From positions 4,650,001 to 4,714,000 of the forward strand of contig JAYWIR010000006.1 in NCBI GenBank assembly GCA_036172245.1: 64,000 nucleotides of DNA. Reading direction: 5' to 3'. The translations under genes were made by a program, and so were the position numbers. The notes under the pieces were generated by a model. That model worked only from the letters and a program-made list of their open reading frames with translations. It was not told where the DNA came from and did not search any database. Of this stretch, positions 48,401 through 61,800 are shown piece after piece (the stretch's first letter is position 1; every line of letters begins with the position of its first letter). The DNA is from Raillietiella orientalis (taxonomy: Eukaryota).

Positions 48401-51400
48401 CTCCTGCTCAGCAGTTGCAGGAGCCGCACCGGAGCGGCGCGCGTGCGGCTCCAGGATCCGGTGAGCACTCCGTACTCGAAAAGGTGCAGCACCTGCCTTT
48501 GTACTTCAGATGATAGTGGGCTGCTGATTTGAATAGCTGCGCTGTGGCAGTTTCTAGAGGAGCTCAATGAGCAGCGCCGTGCGCGGCGCCTTCCTTTCAA
48601 GAGCTCAAGAGATCCGCCTTGGACCGTCTGTTCTTTTTCCCCTTCAGGCAAACTAGTAGTCTCCTTCACTGTCGCGAGTTCGTGATGGGAGTTTCGGGCT
48701 CCAGCGATTGCATGGCTCCCAGGCTCGCTTTTCGGAAGGGTCCAGAAGCAGAGGGCCTCTTCCAGTTGTCTGAAGGCAGCCTAGGACAGGAGCATGGCTG
48801 CTTCTCTGACCACGTGCACTTTCGAAGGAGCAGATTTTCCTCTGAGATTGGAGGAGTTTCGTGGTAATCACATTATGTCAAAGATCCTGATCAACTATGA
48901 CTTCAAAGGCGCAGATCTTGGGGATCGCCGCTCGTCCATGGTCCTTGGTCGGCATGCGCTATTCGTGCTGGAGCGACCGAACGCGTGGACGAGGTCAGGC
49001 GCAGCCCAGGGAGCAGTGCAGACGGGAGCAGTGCAGCTCCATATTCCGTGATGCATATAAATGTACTCGCCATAAGGTCAGAGTTCGAGGAGTCGACATG
49101 CCTCGTAGCGGAGGTGTATGAAACGTGCGAGAACGGCGCGCTACTGATCGCCGAGTCCGTCGAGCCGAGAAAGCACGCTCTTCATCACACTACTGATCTC
49201 ATCGGCGCATGAAGAGGCCACTAGGCGGCAGCATGTTCGTAACGATCGACTGGTGTTCTTAGTATGAGCATCAGGAGGCAGAAGGAAGCCACATTCATTG
49301 GGTGAAAAGTTGCCTCTGACCGAATAAATTGCCACATCGAGCAAGCAAGACGAATTCCAGCCGGATGATTTTAGGAATGTCAAGAAATCTTGAAGAAATG
49401 GATAGAATAGCAATACGAAATTCTTTCAGATCCCTTTCCAGATGCAGATGGTGGTAAGGCGAAAATTTGTTGATCCGCGCTGGAGGAGCACGGAGGTGAG
49501 GGAAGGTGTCAACGCGTTTCGGAGTCTCCACACCCTCTTTCGGTCTTTCCTGAAATGGGTTACGGAATGGCACGAAGACAAACCAGCACAGAACGCGGGT
49601 GTTTGCGAAACACGGGCCGCGTGGGAGGAACCAGAAACCATTAAGAAGCATAGCTGCGATTCCATGACAACCATCTGTACCGAGGAGCCATTCACACGAG
49701 GATGGCACCTGGGAATTCTGGATGGGGACTTTGGCGTGGAGCCGCCAGATCACGCAGTTGTCGGAATCGGCAACAGCATTTTTTCTGGAGGGAATGCCAG
49801 AGTTCTTGCACAGAATTCGACAACCCAATGGCGAAAAGCAATGAGAATTTGTTAGGCTCTGAGAAACTGCAGTGCTTTGGCAGCAGCTGAAGGTTTAGTC
49901 CTTTGGATTCCTGGATACGTGTAAGGTTTGCTCCCTGTGATGGGAAATTTTGTTGGGGATCGGTCAATGCCTCCTGTTTTCCTGTCTCATCGTACTCATC
50001 GATTCAAAGTCTGTGGTCCAAGTGCACGCTCACAGATATCCATCTGTTGTACAACTGCTCGCATACACTTTACGGTTCCTCCGGGAAGAGTTCAGTTGAT
50101 ACAGTTCTGATGATTGATACAGCACGCTGCCTTCAGCAAACTTGCCGTTGTCCAGGAAACCAAGTACACTGCCATTAGAACACAAGTTTCGTGTATGGGT
50201 TCATCGGCATTCCCCCCTGAAGGTCTTTCACTCGGCATTCGGATCCCATTTCCCGGGCCTGGAGGTGCTTCAAACTTAAAATCAATTTAGGCGTGCAATT
50301 TTCGGGACGAATCCAGCAATTTCCATTGAGATAAACGGATTCTTGCGCAAAGGCCAAAGGCCAAAGGCCAGGCACAAAGGCACAAGGCTCACGGCCTCCC
50401 TGAATTACTCGAAGGCCAGCTAACAGTTAAATCAGGATCCTCATACTAAGCAATTGATCAGTGAAGTTCCTGTACTTCTGGAGGAAATTCGGAATTTCCT
50501 TCAAAAGCTGACCAATGACTTTGAGGCCAAAGGAATTTTAGCCTTTCAGCCGACTTTGGGGTGTTGGAATGCGAAACACCCCAAAGTCGGTCGAAAATTC
50601 AATTCTCATCGAGCCAGTTAGAAGAACTGAGAAAGGGTTCATTCTTTTCGTGGGCGCATTTCACGGGAAAGACTGTGCTGCGTGTGTGCGAGAAAATTTA
50701 TGCACGACGGAAGAACCGAATTCTTTCGGATTTGGAAATTTTCGAGCGGGCAGGTTTCATGGATTTCCTTCTTCATCGGTCTTCTTCATCATTACTCCTT
50801 TGTGATTGCCGAATAAGCTAGAAACGTTCGAGATGACTCTCCCAACGATAAGACAACAGGTGCCAAGTATGCTGTGACCCCAAGTCCTTCATCTGAAATG
50901 AGATGCTCGCCTGCTTGCCCCTGGTTTAATTAAAACTGCTCCGATGGCGAACGAAATGAAGGTTTTCCACTGACTGAGGATACCGAACCCATGAATTACG
51001 AGCGAGCACCACATTGGTGAATCTGCTGGCTCTCTGGATTAGTGGACGGATGCCCGATGAATGCAAAGGATGAAGGCCATTGTGATGGCGTCCATCTCAC
51101 ATCGAAGTGAAGTATGTCGTACTATGGGTGTCACTGATGATAACAAGTGAAATTCACTAACGCACTGTTTTTGTTCATGGATGACGACGGAAATTTCGAG
51201 AAGGCCAGTGGAACTGGACGTACGATCGGGCTCGTCCCGTTGCCATGTGTAGGTATGTAAACTGAAAGGCTGAATAGCGTGAGCGAACACGTAAACACAT
51301 GACGGTAACGCAGTGTTACTCCATCCTTGTTTGCGCGCCGTGTTTTGCCCAACTCACCTAAATTAATCCAATTTGACTTGCCGGACAAAGAAAAACACGA

Positions 51401-52328
51401 AACTCGCTTAAACTCGAGATTGCTTTCTGGAAATTTCTAATGGAGGGCACTGAAATCTTGATTGAGCTTCACATTCTAACTGGATCTCGAAACTAAAACC
51501 TGCGTCACCTTTTACGAGCAGCAGTGCGTTCCAAGGAGTGTCATTTTCCGCGGCAAAGGAATGACTGTTTTCAACTTTCTTTCTAGGGCGAGTGGTTCAA
51601 TCCTACAGCCACAAGTCAATTCTTCACTGAGTTTCTCCACATCGTTCGGACGTACTCATACGACAGTGATGGATGAACGAGTTCCAAGATCACGTTTCAG
51701 AGGAAAGACCGAATCTAATTATCCGTCGACGGGTGTCCTCACGAGCAAACGGTGACGATGGCCACGTACACATCCGAGCTACCAGCGTTGACTGACCCGA
51801 GTCCTAAGCCATCAACTACACTTGCAAGAACCCTCGCCATTGGCTTCGTGCTTGCAGCTTCTCCGGCTGCACCGCCATATTTTCATGGAAATCAATGCAT
51901 ATTCATGCCTGAATCTCTCATCGCAGAATTGGTACGGAGTTTCGCTTCGATTGGCTCAGCATTTTGTACGTTGCTCAACGGTACACTGAGCATTTAAAAA
52001 AAAAAAAATGGTCTGCTTATCGGCGACAGCTCCTACTCCGAGGCTTACGTTTCCGATAATCTGCAGCTCACCTTTTACTCATCCCGATTTCCTTGCAAAT
52101 CGGTGGACAATTCGATGTGTCCCCGAATCGGTACCTCGACAAAATTCAAGCAATGCTCTTCAAAATGGTTCGGTTTATCTTGAACATTCTTATACTATTC
52201 ATGTGGTCAGCTCATTGCCTTTCCGGCAAGATTCGGACCCTGTCGGGGCTGCAGTGCTCTTCGAATTCGGAAGGTGACCCAACACTTTTCGTGTTGAGTC
52301 ACCTCGGAAGCAGTGTTGGGCCACCTTG

Positions 52329-52650
52329 GAAGCAGCTAGAAGAGAAAATTTACTAGTCATGGTCTAACAACTAAAGAACAAGATATGCAGGACTTGTTCA
52401 ATCAGATAACTGAATTGAAATCTGCTGACACCCAGTGTAGCTGCTCTTCAGTCTCATCTCCTGGATGCAGCAGTGAATCTGTTGTTGGAAAAATTAACTC
52501 GTGAACTTGACCCTACTAAAAATAAATTGCAAGAGACTCAAAATGAACTCAGTGCCTAGAAAATTACTCCTGACAGTAACACAGGAAAGCTGCTTTTGGC
52601 CAAATGTCGCATGCTCTTCCAAGAGAATCAAACACCAGGGATGACACAGT
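52329..52650 (+). pseudogene. WTAP: WTAP/fl(2)d intronless pseudogene fragment
   Basis: EAARRENLLVM/LTTKEQDMQD...ITELKSA/SVAALQSHLLDAAVNLLLEKLTRELDPTKNKLQETQNELSA*KITPDSNTGKLLLAKCRMLFQEN. The conserved Trp of NELSAWKFTPDS is TAG (52557-52559), and there are two frameshifts. Confidence 0.9.
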
Positions 52651-52956
52651 CTAGGTTGCTCTGTTATCTCAAAACTGAGTTCCCGGTATTGATAATTTCA
52701 ACGAAAAGAAAATCTGCTAAAACAGAATCGTTATTTTGATAATTCCATTCAGGGCGTAAGAATATTTTCTACTGCTGATGCTGTGTTCTACACAGCATTC
52801 CAAAAAGTTAATTAACGAAGTATCTAATGAAAAGTAAAATGTCTCATTCAAATATCCATTCCAACAAGCAGGAAAACTGCAAGCTGATTAAATTCTGCAA
52901 AAAATTTATTGTAGAAACAATCGAACAAAAGAATCATTTTTGATTTTAGTTTTTCT

Positions 52957-55900
52957 TTAATATTCGGCAGCAAAGGGATAATTTGGATGGTCGGCAGTCC
53001 TGGAAGATCAGGTTGCAAAAATCTTCACAGGTAGCATGATTTCTTACCATTCTACAGCGAGATATCGCTTCTGTTTATTTAAGGCGAGAAGCCTGGTCAT
53101 GTCTTCATTGTCCAACTCAAAATCAAAAACTCCAATGTTTTCCTCAATACGACTTTTGTTCACAGACTTTGGGATGACGGCAATACCACGCTCAATCTTT
53201 ATTTGATCGACAACGTGGTTTCGAATCTCATTCTTCTACTCACCTGAAATCGTATGAGGATCTGCGCAACTGTTTTCTTATGTTTCTGTGCAATTGACTG
53301 AATGCACTTATCATCAAAAAGACTCTCATCATCATCCGGAGCATTAGGTCGATCCCTTGATCCCAGTGGACTGTAGGCTGTCAACACAATATTTTTTGAT
53401 TTGCAATATTCATGCAATTTGCTTTGGTTCAGGTAAGGATGACATTCCACCTGAAAGACACTAGTTCTATCCCAAACTTCGCCCCATAGCAGACCTGATT
53501 CACCACAGGTGGAATAGTGCACACATCTAGAATTCGCTTAATCTGCTGGCTGTTAAAATTGGACACTCCCAGAGAGCGCACTAATCCTTTGCGAACACAC
53601 TCTTCCAGGGCAGTCCATGTATCCACATAATCAACATCACCGTACAACCATTTGCCAGAAGCATCTTTTGGGAAGAGCTCATCCCCTTCCTAATAAAGAA
53701 ACTGGAAGTAATGTTAGTGTCAGCATTCCCTTAGCATTCCTTGAAAGCCATGGGCCAATGCACAAGATACAGATCGAGGTAATCCAATTGGAGATCTTTT
53801 AAAGTTTTCTCCAGTGCAGGTAACACCAGGGCAGGACGATGGACAGTAGACCACAATTTGCTGGTTACAAAAATCTCATCCCTGCTAATGGTGCCATCCT
53901 GGATTTTCTCTTGAATGGCGCTTCCCACTTCTGCTTCATTTTGATAGACAAATGCACAGTCAATGTGGGAGTAGCCCACAGATATTGCATGCTTCACTGC
54001 TTCATATACTTCTGTAGGTTTGGACTAAAACAAGAATTGCTAATCAGTAAAAACAGTCAACAAATACATGCTTGAAGTGTTTTCAATATAACTTTTGTCC
54101 AATGACTTTACTGATCCTTCTTAATTTTCACTTGATACTGATCAAGGTTCGTTCTTGCTTTCACGATGTTATTAATTACACATGCTTCCTGCATTTGATT
54201 TGAACGTAAATGGGAGTGGAATTTCCGAATCGAAAGCACTTGGAATGAAGTGTATTATTTCATAAGCACAAAATATTCTCTCATTTCTTCAAAATAGACT
54301 GATGGCCATTATTGCATGACTTGATATCTGCTACATCAAGGTTGCAAGGAGAAAATGAACTGTTATGTTGTTTCAAATTTCTACTAGTGATCAAACTTAT
54401 TTAAGTTCATGTATTTACATTGTTACCCATACCCATTAGAAAAATATGAAGTGTTACTGCCTCGGTTTCAGAGTCTAACTTACACATATGAACACCACAT
54501 GTTAGGTAACACAATGAATTGTTTTCATGTCCAAGATTCTCAAAATAACTAAGAATGAATTGGTACCACTTATATCTTTCTGCTTCATGTTTTTCCTTTA
54601 AAAGTATGATCTTTCTCTGTTCTTAGGATTGCATGTTAGGGTAGAATATCAAAAAGAGAAAGTAAAAAAAAAAAAAAAGGCCAAAATCATCGAAATATTT
54701 TTAGTTTTTATTAATGGGGTAATGATGCCTCTATCATAATGCACACCACTGTCAAAACAGCTTGTTTTCACATATCAAATAACTCCTTCACATAGCAGCA
54801 TTACAGGAATCTTTTATGCAAGAAATTCAGATTATGAATCAATTTATTTTGTAGACAAGTAACGAAAAAACAAAAAACAAACAAATCTCAATGACAACAG
54901 ATTTTATTTTCTTAAAATCCTATATGAACACTGGTACATTTAATCCACAATGACTACGGGCATGTATTCAAACTCCTCTTCAGACCAGAGAAGTGAATTA
55001 GAAACATGCTGATAGAGATCATAATGAAACTATTTTCAAGGCCAGTTCCTTCATGCTTCCACTCCCAAAATTTCAATGCTGCCTTGACTGTTCTCAGTTT
55101 TCAGATTCAAAACTGTAAACCTAAAAACCCAGTGCATTTAGTTCCTGGAAATGCTCAACATATCCAAACTCTCCACATTACAAAAATCCAAAGTTCAAAG
55201 ATTAGCTTTCATTCTTGAAATGTCCTTCTTGAATAAATAGCTCCTTAAAATCGCTGTTACTGTCATACTATGGAGCTGTTGTTCTTACTTATCCTTTTGT
55301 TGCATTTCATTCTACATAACCAAACAGAATTTATGAACTCTAATGATACAGATACTGATGGTCACTATTTCAAAGAATTCCATGGGACTTCAAAATAATG
55401 CATTTCATGTACGTCTCGACAAAAACAAAGCTACCTCCCTTGTGGCACTCACTCAAAAAGAAATGTGGACATTATTATAATGTATTGACACCATCGAAAC
55501 AGTTCTTTGTTCCAAAGTATGTTTTCAATTCTAAAATGAACTGGTGCTTTCTTCCTAAGAATTCTCATTAGCACAAATTCTAGGCAGTACAATGTGCAAG
55601 TATAATGAAGCCAATGAGCACACAAATTTGATTATCTTCATCATGTTTACTGTGTGTATCTCCTTTGGAGACTTCATTGATTTTCCTGAACTTAGCCATC
55701 ACACTCTTTGTTACCAAATACACTGATACTCCTACAGTAGCAAAAATGCTTCACTGGGATTGATGTGTAGGAAAAGCTGCAGCTCATACACTAGCATTTT
55801 CAATCATGCTATTTAAGCAAATCACAAATGCTGTAATTCACTCCAAAAACTTTAGTTATTTTACTCTTGATTATTTCCCCTTCACTTGCCATCCTGTAAT

Positions 55901-56991
55901 CTTCCTTGATCACAATCATAGAAACTCTTTTTGATGGCTCTGTGTTGAGTGTTCAGAATAAGGAAAAGATGGAAATAATGTGGAAGAATGAACGAATCGA
56001 ATCAAGTACTCTTAATTTTTTTTCTCAGAGTTATTTGCTATGTTCATTCTAGTGTGTTTCATTTTCTGGCATTCCAATCAACGCATTTGCCACTGTTTCT
56101 TTTTGGTTTTACAAACTCATATGCATACATGAATTCCTTCGTTGAAAGAAGCAAAAAAACTTACTCAAAAGCCACATGCAAAATAAAAATACCCACATAA
56201 ATGTGGATGGCCACAATATTTTGATTATTCTTGCCCACCCTTCACTGACTTGCTAACTGCTTGAGCTTCAAATTTCAGTAATCAATACCACAAGAGACCT
56301 GAACGCTCACCACTTATAGGCATCGTGGCCAAGCTTCAGATTTCATCCCATTCGTTAAGGCACATTCAGAGAAAACCTGCATGCTTGAGCTCCGGGCATT
56401 AATTCCTGTGCACTTCCGAAGTAAAAGAATGGACTCGCATTCCCATCGATTCATTGGCATTGAAAATGTGAGGAATGCAGAGGAACGTCCTTCATTCAGG
56501 GCAGGACACGCCTCCCGAAAACGAGAAAGGTGCTTTGCAGATCTTCCTCGAGGCACCGTCCCTGATCCCCACGGGCTTCCTCGAGGAGCCTCCGGGGCCG
56601 TCTTTTCCCCAAGTACCACCGACCTTCCGTTGCGTGGACTCCGCCTTCCGCCTTGGGCGACCAGCCGGAAGCACTCAAAGGCCCCATCGCACGAAGCAGA
56701 ACCGTCGCTGCAAATGCTGCAGATCAAAGCAGATCTTCAAAGAAAGCAGAAAAAGGAAAGCACTGGCGTAGCTGACGGATCGCCAAGAGCACAACTGGCA
56801 ATTTTCTCTTCGGAAGCGGTCGGACTCGTGAGGGTCACGTGCACCGACACCACCTTCCCGCGCACACGGAGCCGGCAGTTTGAAGGAAAAGGAACACGAT
56901 TGGGTTCCCGAATTACCTTCCACGTTCCCAAACCCAGGATCGGGATCGCGTAGTTGTTGGAAAGAGGTAGCTTTTGTCCAGCTCGCAGCAT
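52957..56991 (-). CDS. Aldo-keto reductase family 1 (aldose reductase-like), 317 aa, 6 exons
   Basis: Exons 56991-56917, 54024-53740, 53689-53495, 53450-53244, 53196-53048 and 52999-52957 total 954 nt. Motifs: [72 protein letters not shown]. Intron 2 must be GA-AG. Confidence 0.95.
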
Positions 56992-58119
56992 CACGTGACC
57001 GGCAACTCCCTCGTAGTACACTCAACCAACCACCACCGGTACTTCCGCGTGTCAGAGTGATCGAAGCACGTGGACGTGCCAAGCAGCATGGGAAGGCGGA
57101 GAAGACGCCCTGCCTGCTCAGAAGTCAACTAAATGGATTGTGGCCGTAATTTTCAGCCCCCCTTTTCCCCTGCTCTTGCTGATTTTTTGTTCATTCCTTT
57201 GCATTCGCGAGTCCACGAGAAACCTCTATGAGTTGGGGGAAGAGTAATTAGCAGTTAACCTCAAGAGCAGTGATTCTTCCGATTTAATGAATTCCTCCTC
57301 CCAGGCAAAGCTCCATCGGCAGTGGAAATTTGGGCATTATTCTTGCGCACGTGGCAAAATACCCCTTTTCTGATTAGGGAAGGAACCCTCATTCCTTCAT
57401 TTACCATTTTTTGCACGTGGTTGGACCACCGGTTCAATCACAGAGATGATGATGATGATTTACCATGTTCCCACATCCCCGGAAAGGTTGAAAACGGGAG
57501 CCAAGAACTCTCACAGGTCGGCATTGCAAAGCTGAAGGCTCTGTTTGGAAATGAAAATAGTACAAATGCATAAAGTGGACAATCATGAAGGATAAAGCGA
57601 TATTCAAAAAATGAACTATGCAATGTAGAATCTACAGAGACCTTTAAAAATAAAAAAATAAATAAATAAAAATACAGTACACGGATCGGTAAAGGAATTT
57701 CTAATACAACTTTATTTAACTTCATTGCGATGTTTTGGCATCGTCTTGTCGTATTATGTATCTCATGCCTTCATTTCATGCCTTTTCCATCAAAGCACGG
57801 CTTCAGTTTATGTGGAAAAATCACTGGAAATCCCTAGCACGAAAAAGTATACGGGAAAAACGTGTCAGCACGCAAGATGAAGTTTTTGATGAGCCTAAAA
57901 AAAAAACAGCAATTCTGAATTCGATTCCTGGATGCCATCTCTTGAAACCGGAAGAGAATCATGATCGGCATGGCGTCTGTGGCCATCTGGTCTCTTGTCG
58001 CCGAAGCTTCTAGCTGACCACTCGAGGTCACGTAAGCATCGCAAGCTACGATCGACGCTCCACTGGTGAAGAGGCGTCCTAGCATGTCTTTCACTTTGTC
58101 CCTTGGGAATCAGAAGGTT

Positions 58120-58870
58120 TATCTCCCGGATTTCCGGGACACTTATCATTAAAATAATACAGATACAAGTAATGTGTCCAAGTGCTGAAACACTTAGTGT
58201 ACCACGTAAGTCCAGCTTGCCATTCTCCGGTACGGAGAACGTCGAGGTCCGCTGTCGTGGAGAAGGGAGAGGGGGAACCACAAAAAACAAGCAAACAAAA
58301 AAGCCAAGAAAAAAGCGGAAGGGAAATGTTCCTTGGGGAGGGAAGAGCGTGGAAGGGATTACATCACGCCGGGAAACGTCCTCTGCGTCCCGTCCTGGAT
58401 ACTGACTAGTGGTGTTCTCATATTGTCCAGGTAGAACCATCTTGAGGCGGTCTTCAAAAAGATCTGCTCCCAGTGGATGACATCCCTGACTCTTCTCCCC
58501 GGGTTCTAGGCTGCCACGATTTCGCAGACTCAGCGAGGGACGCAGCTGGCGGGAGAGTGGCATCACGCAAGAAGAAGCGTCCAGAAATTATCCCTATGGT
58601 CGCCTCCCGGAGTTTCTAGGATCGTCAATCGCGTTGCCTCTTGGAAATTGGAGGGTCGCTCGTTACGAGCGTTTCCAAACACTTCAGAGGGTGCAGCAAA
58701 GTTTCCTTTTGCCCGCACATGGGGCCATGCTTCCTCTGAACTCCAGTGGTGACGGGGTGCGTTGCACGGGATGGACCAATGCGGGAATCGCGGCGCTGAG
58801 TCCTGCTGCTTGAGGGGAGGCAGGAAGCTGTCCAAGCAAACCTCGGGGACTTCCACTTCCTTCGACGGGA
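58120..58870 (-). mobile_element. Diverged Tx1-like 3' fragment
   Basis: GPMCGQKETLLHPLKC zinc-finger remnant, then VIPS, a T-rich UTR and a CCCGGAAATCCGGG terminal hairpin. Confidence 0.65.
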
Positions 58871-58879
58871 TTCCAAGTT

Positions 58880-61800
58880 GAACCTCACCCAGCAGGAAGT
58901 CCTTTGGGAAGGGCGACGGGGGTGGAAGCCTCAGTCAGCTGACCCGCGGTCCAGCAAGCCCAGCAGTTTTTCCTATCCTGAGGTCTCGCAGGACACCTGC
59001 CAACTTGCCAGTCGTCTCTGTCTCTGCAGTTCCTCCAAAGGAAGGACAGCGGTGCAGCAAGTGGGTTTTTTTGTACCCACGAGGTCTTCCTGGAGCGTTC
59101 CGTGATATCTCCCAACAAGCGGTGAGTGCGATTGGAGCACCGCAGGCACTGCGTCTCTTTTAACCCTTTCTGCCTTCGCGCCCACGCACCCAGCTCTTTC
59201 CCGTTTCCAGACCCTACAGTTCCTGGACGAGGAGGAGATCCAGGCGTGGTTTTGCGCGCCAAGGCAACAACCTGCCAAAGCCCTCAGGGGGGGGCAGTCT
59301 CGGAGGTTGTAAACGAGGACCGAGGGCGAGTCCCTTCAGGATGGCTGCTCGAGTGGCAGAGGAATCGAGATGGGACGCATCGACGGTTGGTCCAGTATTT
59401 CGCTGCCGGTGCGAGCCGTCTGAACTGCAGCTGGCGTTCCATCCGAGGCACTCGGGACCTCCATTTTCCCCAAAGGGCAATCCTGCGGAAGTTCTTCGTC
59501 TGCTTTCTGACCCTCTCCGGTGCGGGGGGGAGAGGTTCTGAAGTGAGCAGGGAGAAGTCGTCCGCTTACACAGCTGGTGCAGCGTGGTCTGGGAGGCTGA
59601 ACTGGGTCCGCTTGGGAATCCCCATGGTCAGGTGCTTTGAGCATCTCGGTGCATCCTTGGGGATTTCTCCCAGTCTGAGACCCACGGTACAGTGTCTCCG
59701 GAAAGAAGAGCCGGACCTCGGCCCGTTCCAAGATGGCAGATTCCCCTTGCCGGAACGGGTCGTCATATCGAACCCTTTTGTGACTCCATCCTCCGCCTCT
59801 TGCCTTTTTTGCTCCCTACCCCCCAAAAATAAAAAGTGAACCAAGGACCTCCTGAGGAAAGTCTTTGAGGGAAGGGCAGAGGTCGCGTTCCCACTTGGGG
59901 GACTTGTGGGCACTTTGCCGTGATGGTGGTCTTGGCCTCCGGGCGCTGAAGCAACTGAAGTTGCAGATCCAGTTCCAAACGCTTACCCTCGTGGCAGAGA
60001 TGTGATGCACCACCTGGCGCGAACCTGCGCACCTCCTCGTCCAGCAAGCCACCGGCAGCGTGAGACTCGCATCCTTCCTTGCGCGCCGTCCACTCATTTT
60101 CATCCACAGACGGACTGCACCTTCGGTGGGCGGCCACGCTGGCTAGGAAAAACGGATGGATCTGGTGCCGCCCCACGAAGGGTAGTGCCTGGTTGCAGGA
60201 AACCGTTCACACGTGAACGAGGAGCCAGGAGCCAAGCGCGAAACAGGTGCGACATTCCCTGTACGGGCCCTACAACAACTGCACGCTCCGGGAGATCCTT
60301 GAAGATCCAGGGAAGAGTGTGAACCTCCCTCGCTACCGCTCTGCCCTCCCTGAGGGAACACATGGGCAGCATCCTTGCGGCTAGATAGGAGGTTACTGTA
60401 GAAATCTCCATCAGGAGAAGAGGACTGTTGCCCGCGTCGGAGACCTTGTGGTTAAGGCTTCCGCGTGTGGCACCATGCATCGCGGGATCGAATACTCTGG
60501 CAGAAACTGACGCAACTGCGTCGTTGGGTTCCGAGTTTCTCCTGCAATGGCGCTGGTTGGCCGAGACATTCGGGCGTGGCACCGGTGGTCGTTTAAGCCA
60601 GAGGCCCCTGATGAAGGCCGGAACAATGGGAGTCGACCTTCGGGTCCTTCCAGGAATCAAAGGAATGGGGAGTTCTTCCTCCGGTCGTACAACGGAGAGC
60701 GGACCCCCTTAGCGGGGGTACCCTTCCGGTTTCAACATGGAGCAGGAGCCCTCACGGCACCTCTCCAGTTGTTCAAAGGAGAGGACTACCTGTTGAAGGG
60801 TCCCTCCGAGTCGTCGCCTCTTCACAGAGTGTGCACAAGGAAGCAAGCGGGAAGCTGCAGCGCCCCCCTGCTTGAGTTTCGGAAGCGTCCCTTCGGATTT
60901 CTCTTCAGAGGAGTGAACAGGAGCGGTTCCCTTCCGGATTCCCTTCGGAGAAGTTGAAATGAAGTTGAAATGGAGAGGACAGCCCCTCCCCATTGGGGGG
61001 GGTGTCCCTCCGGAGAGAATGAGGAAGGAGATTCCCTTTGGAGTTCTCCTTCGGAGACAACCAGGGTGGGAGGTGGGTGCGATCCCCCCATCCGGGGAGA
61101 ATCCCTTCCCAAGCGTGAGAGGAACGGACTCCGAGCCCTTCCTGGATTCACAGGGCGGAACCCTCCTTCCGGGGTGCTCTATCCTGAAGAAAAGAATTAC
61201 GCCCCCTTGCCTCAGGCGGAGAGGCGTGGAAACAAAACAGTGTGTTCAAAAGGGCCACGTGCGCCGCGAGGCACGCGACCGGCTCTTGAGGCTCACTTAG
61301 CAAACCAAAACAAAGAAAACCCGAAGAAAAAAAAAAAAGAACCCAAGGATTTCCATCATCCTAGGCCAATAGTAACGATCCCCTCGCGGGGTCGCTACTG
61401 GCCTTTAGAAAAAAAAAAAAAAAGAGGACTGTGCGAGTGGACGACGGGCCGGCTTACAGACGCTGAGACAACGAGTGCCCAGCCCCGAGGACTTTTGCTC
61501 TGGGGTGAACTCTTGGATATTTCGGAGGAAGATCTGCAGTGGTTCCCAGTGCTTTTGGACACTCGTGCCCTCCCTTTAAAGTGGCAGGAGTTGACGCTGC
61601 TGCTGTTTCACTGGGGCCTGCCGTGCATCACTGGACACGAGGGTGCGTGGACCCCCCGAACTGTGCCAGGTGTGGGAGGCGGAAAACCGTTCGCACCTGC
61701 TTGTGGACTGTGTTGCCCTCTGGTTCCTCTGGGAACGCTTTGCCGCGACCCTAGGAACCCCTAGTGGCAACTCCAGGGACTCTCTGAAACCTCTCTTCGT

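Noticed and set aside
50349..50390. Short AAAGGCC/AAGGCAC tandem repeat
   Set aside because: Simple degenerate tandem repeat without unique spacers; not CRISPR-like.
54025..56916. Possible nested gene in the 2.9-kb AKR intron 1
   Set aside because: No recognisable protein motif or consistent exon chain on either strand.
60600..60640. CTGATGA in the SINE resembling a hammerhead ribozyme core
   Set aside because: No stem II followed by GAAA, and the sister copy has CCGATGA in a simple hairpin loop. An HDV-like fold could not be built either.
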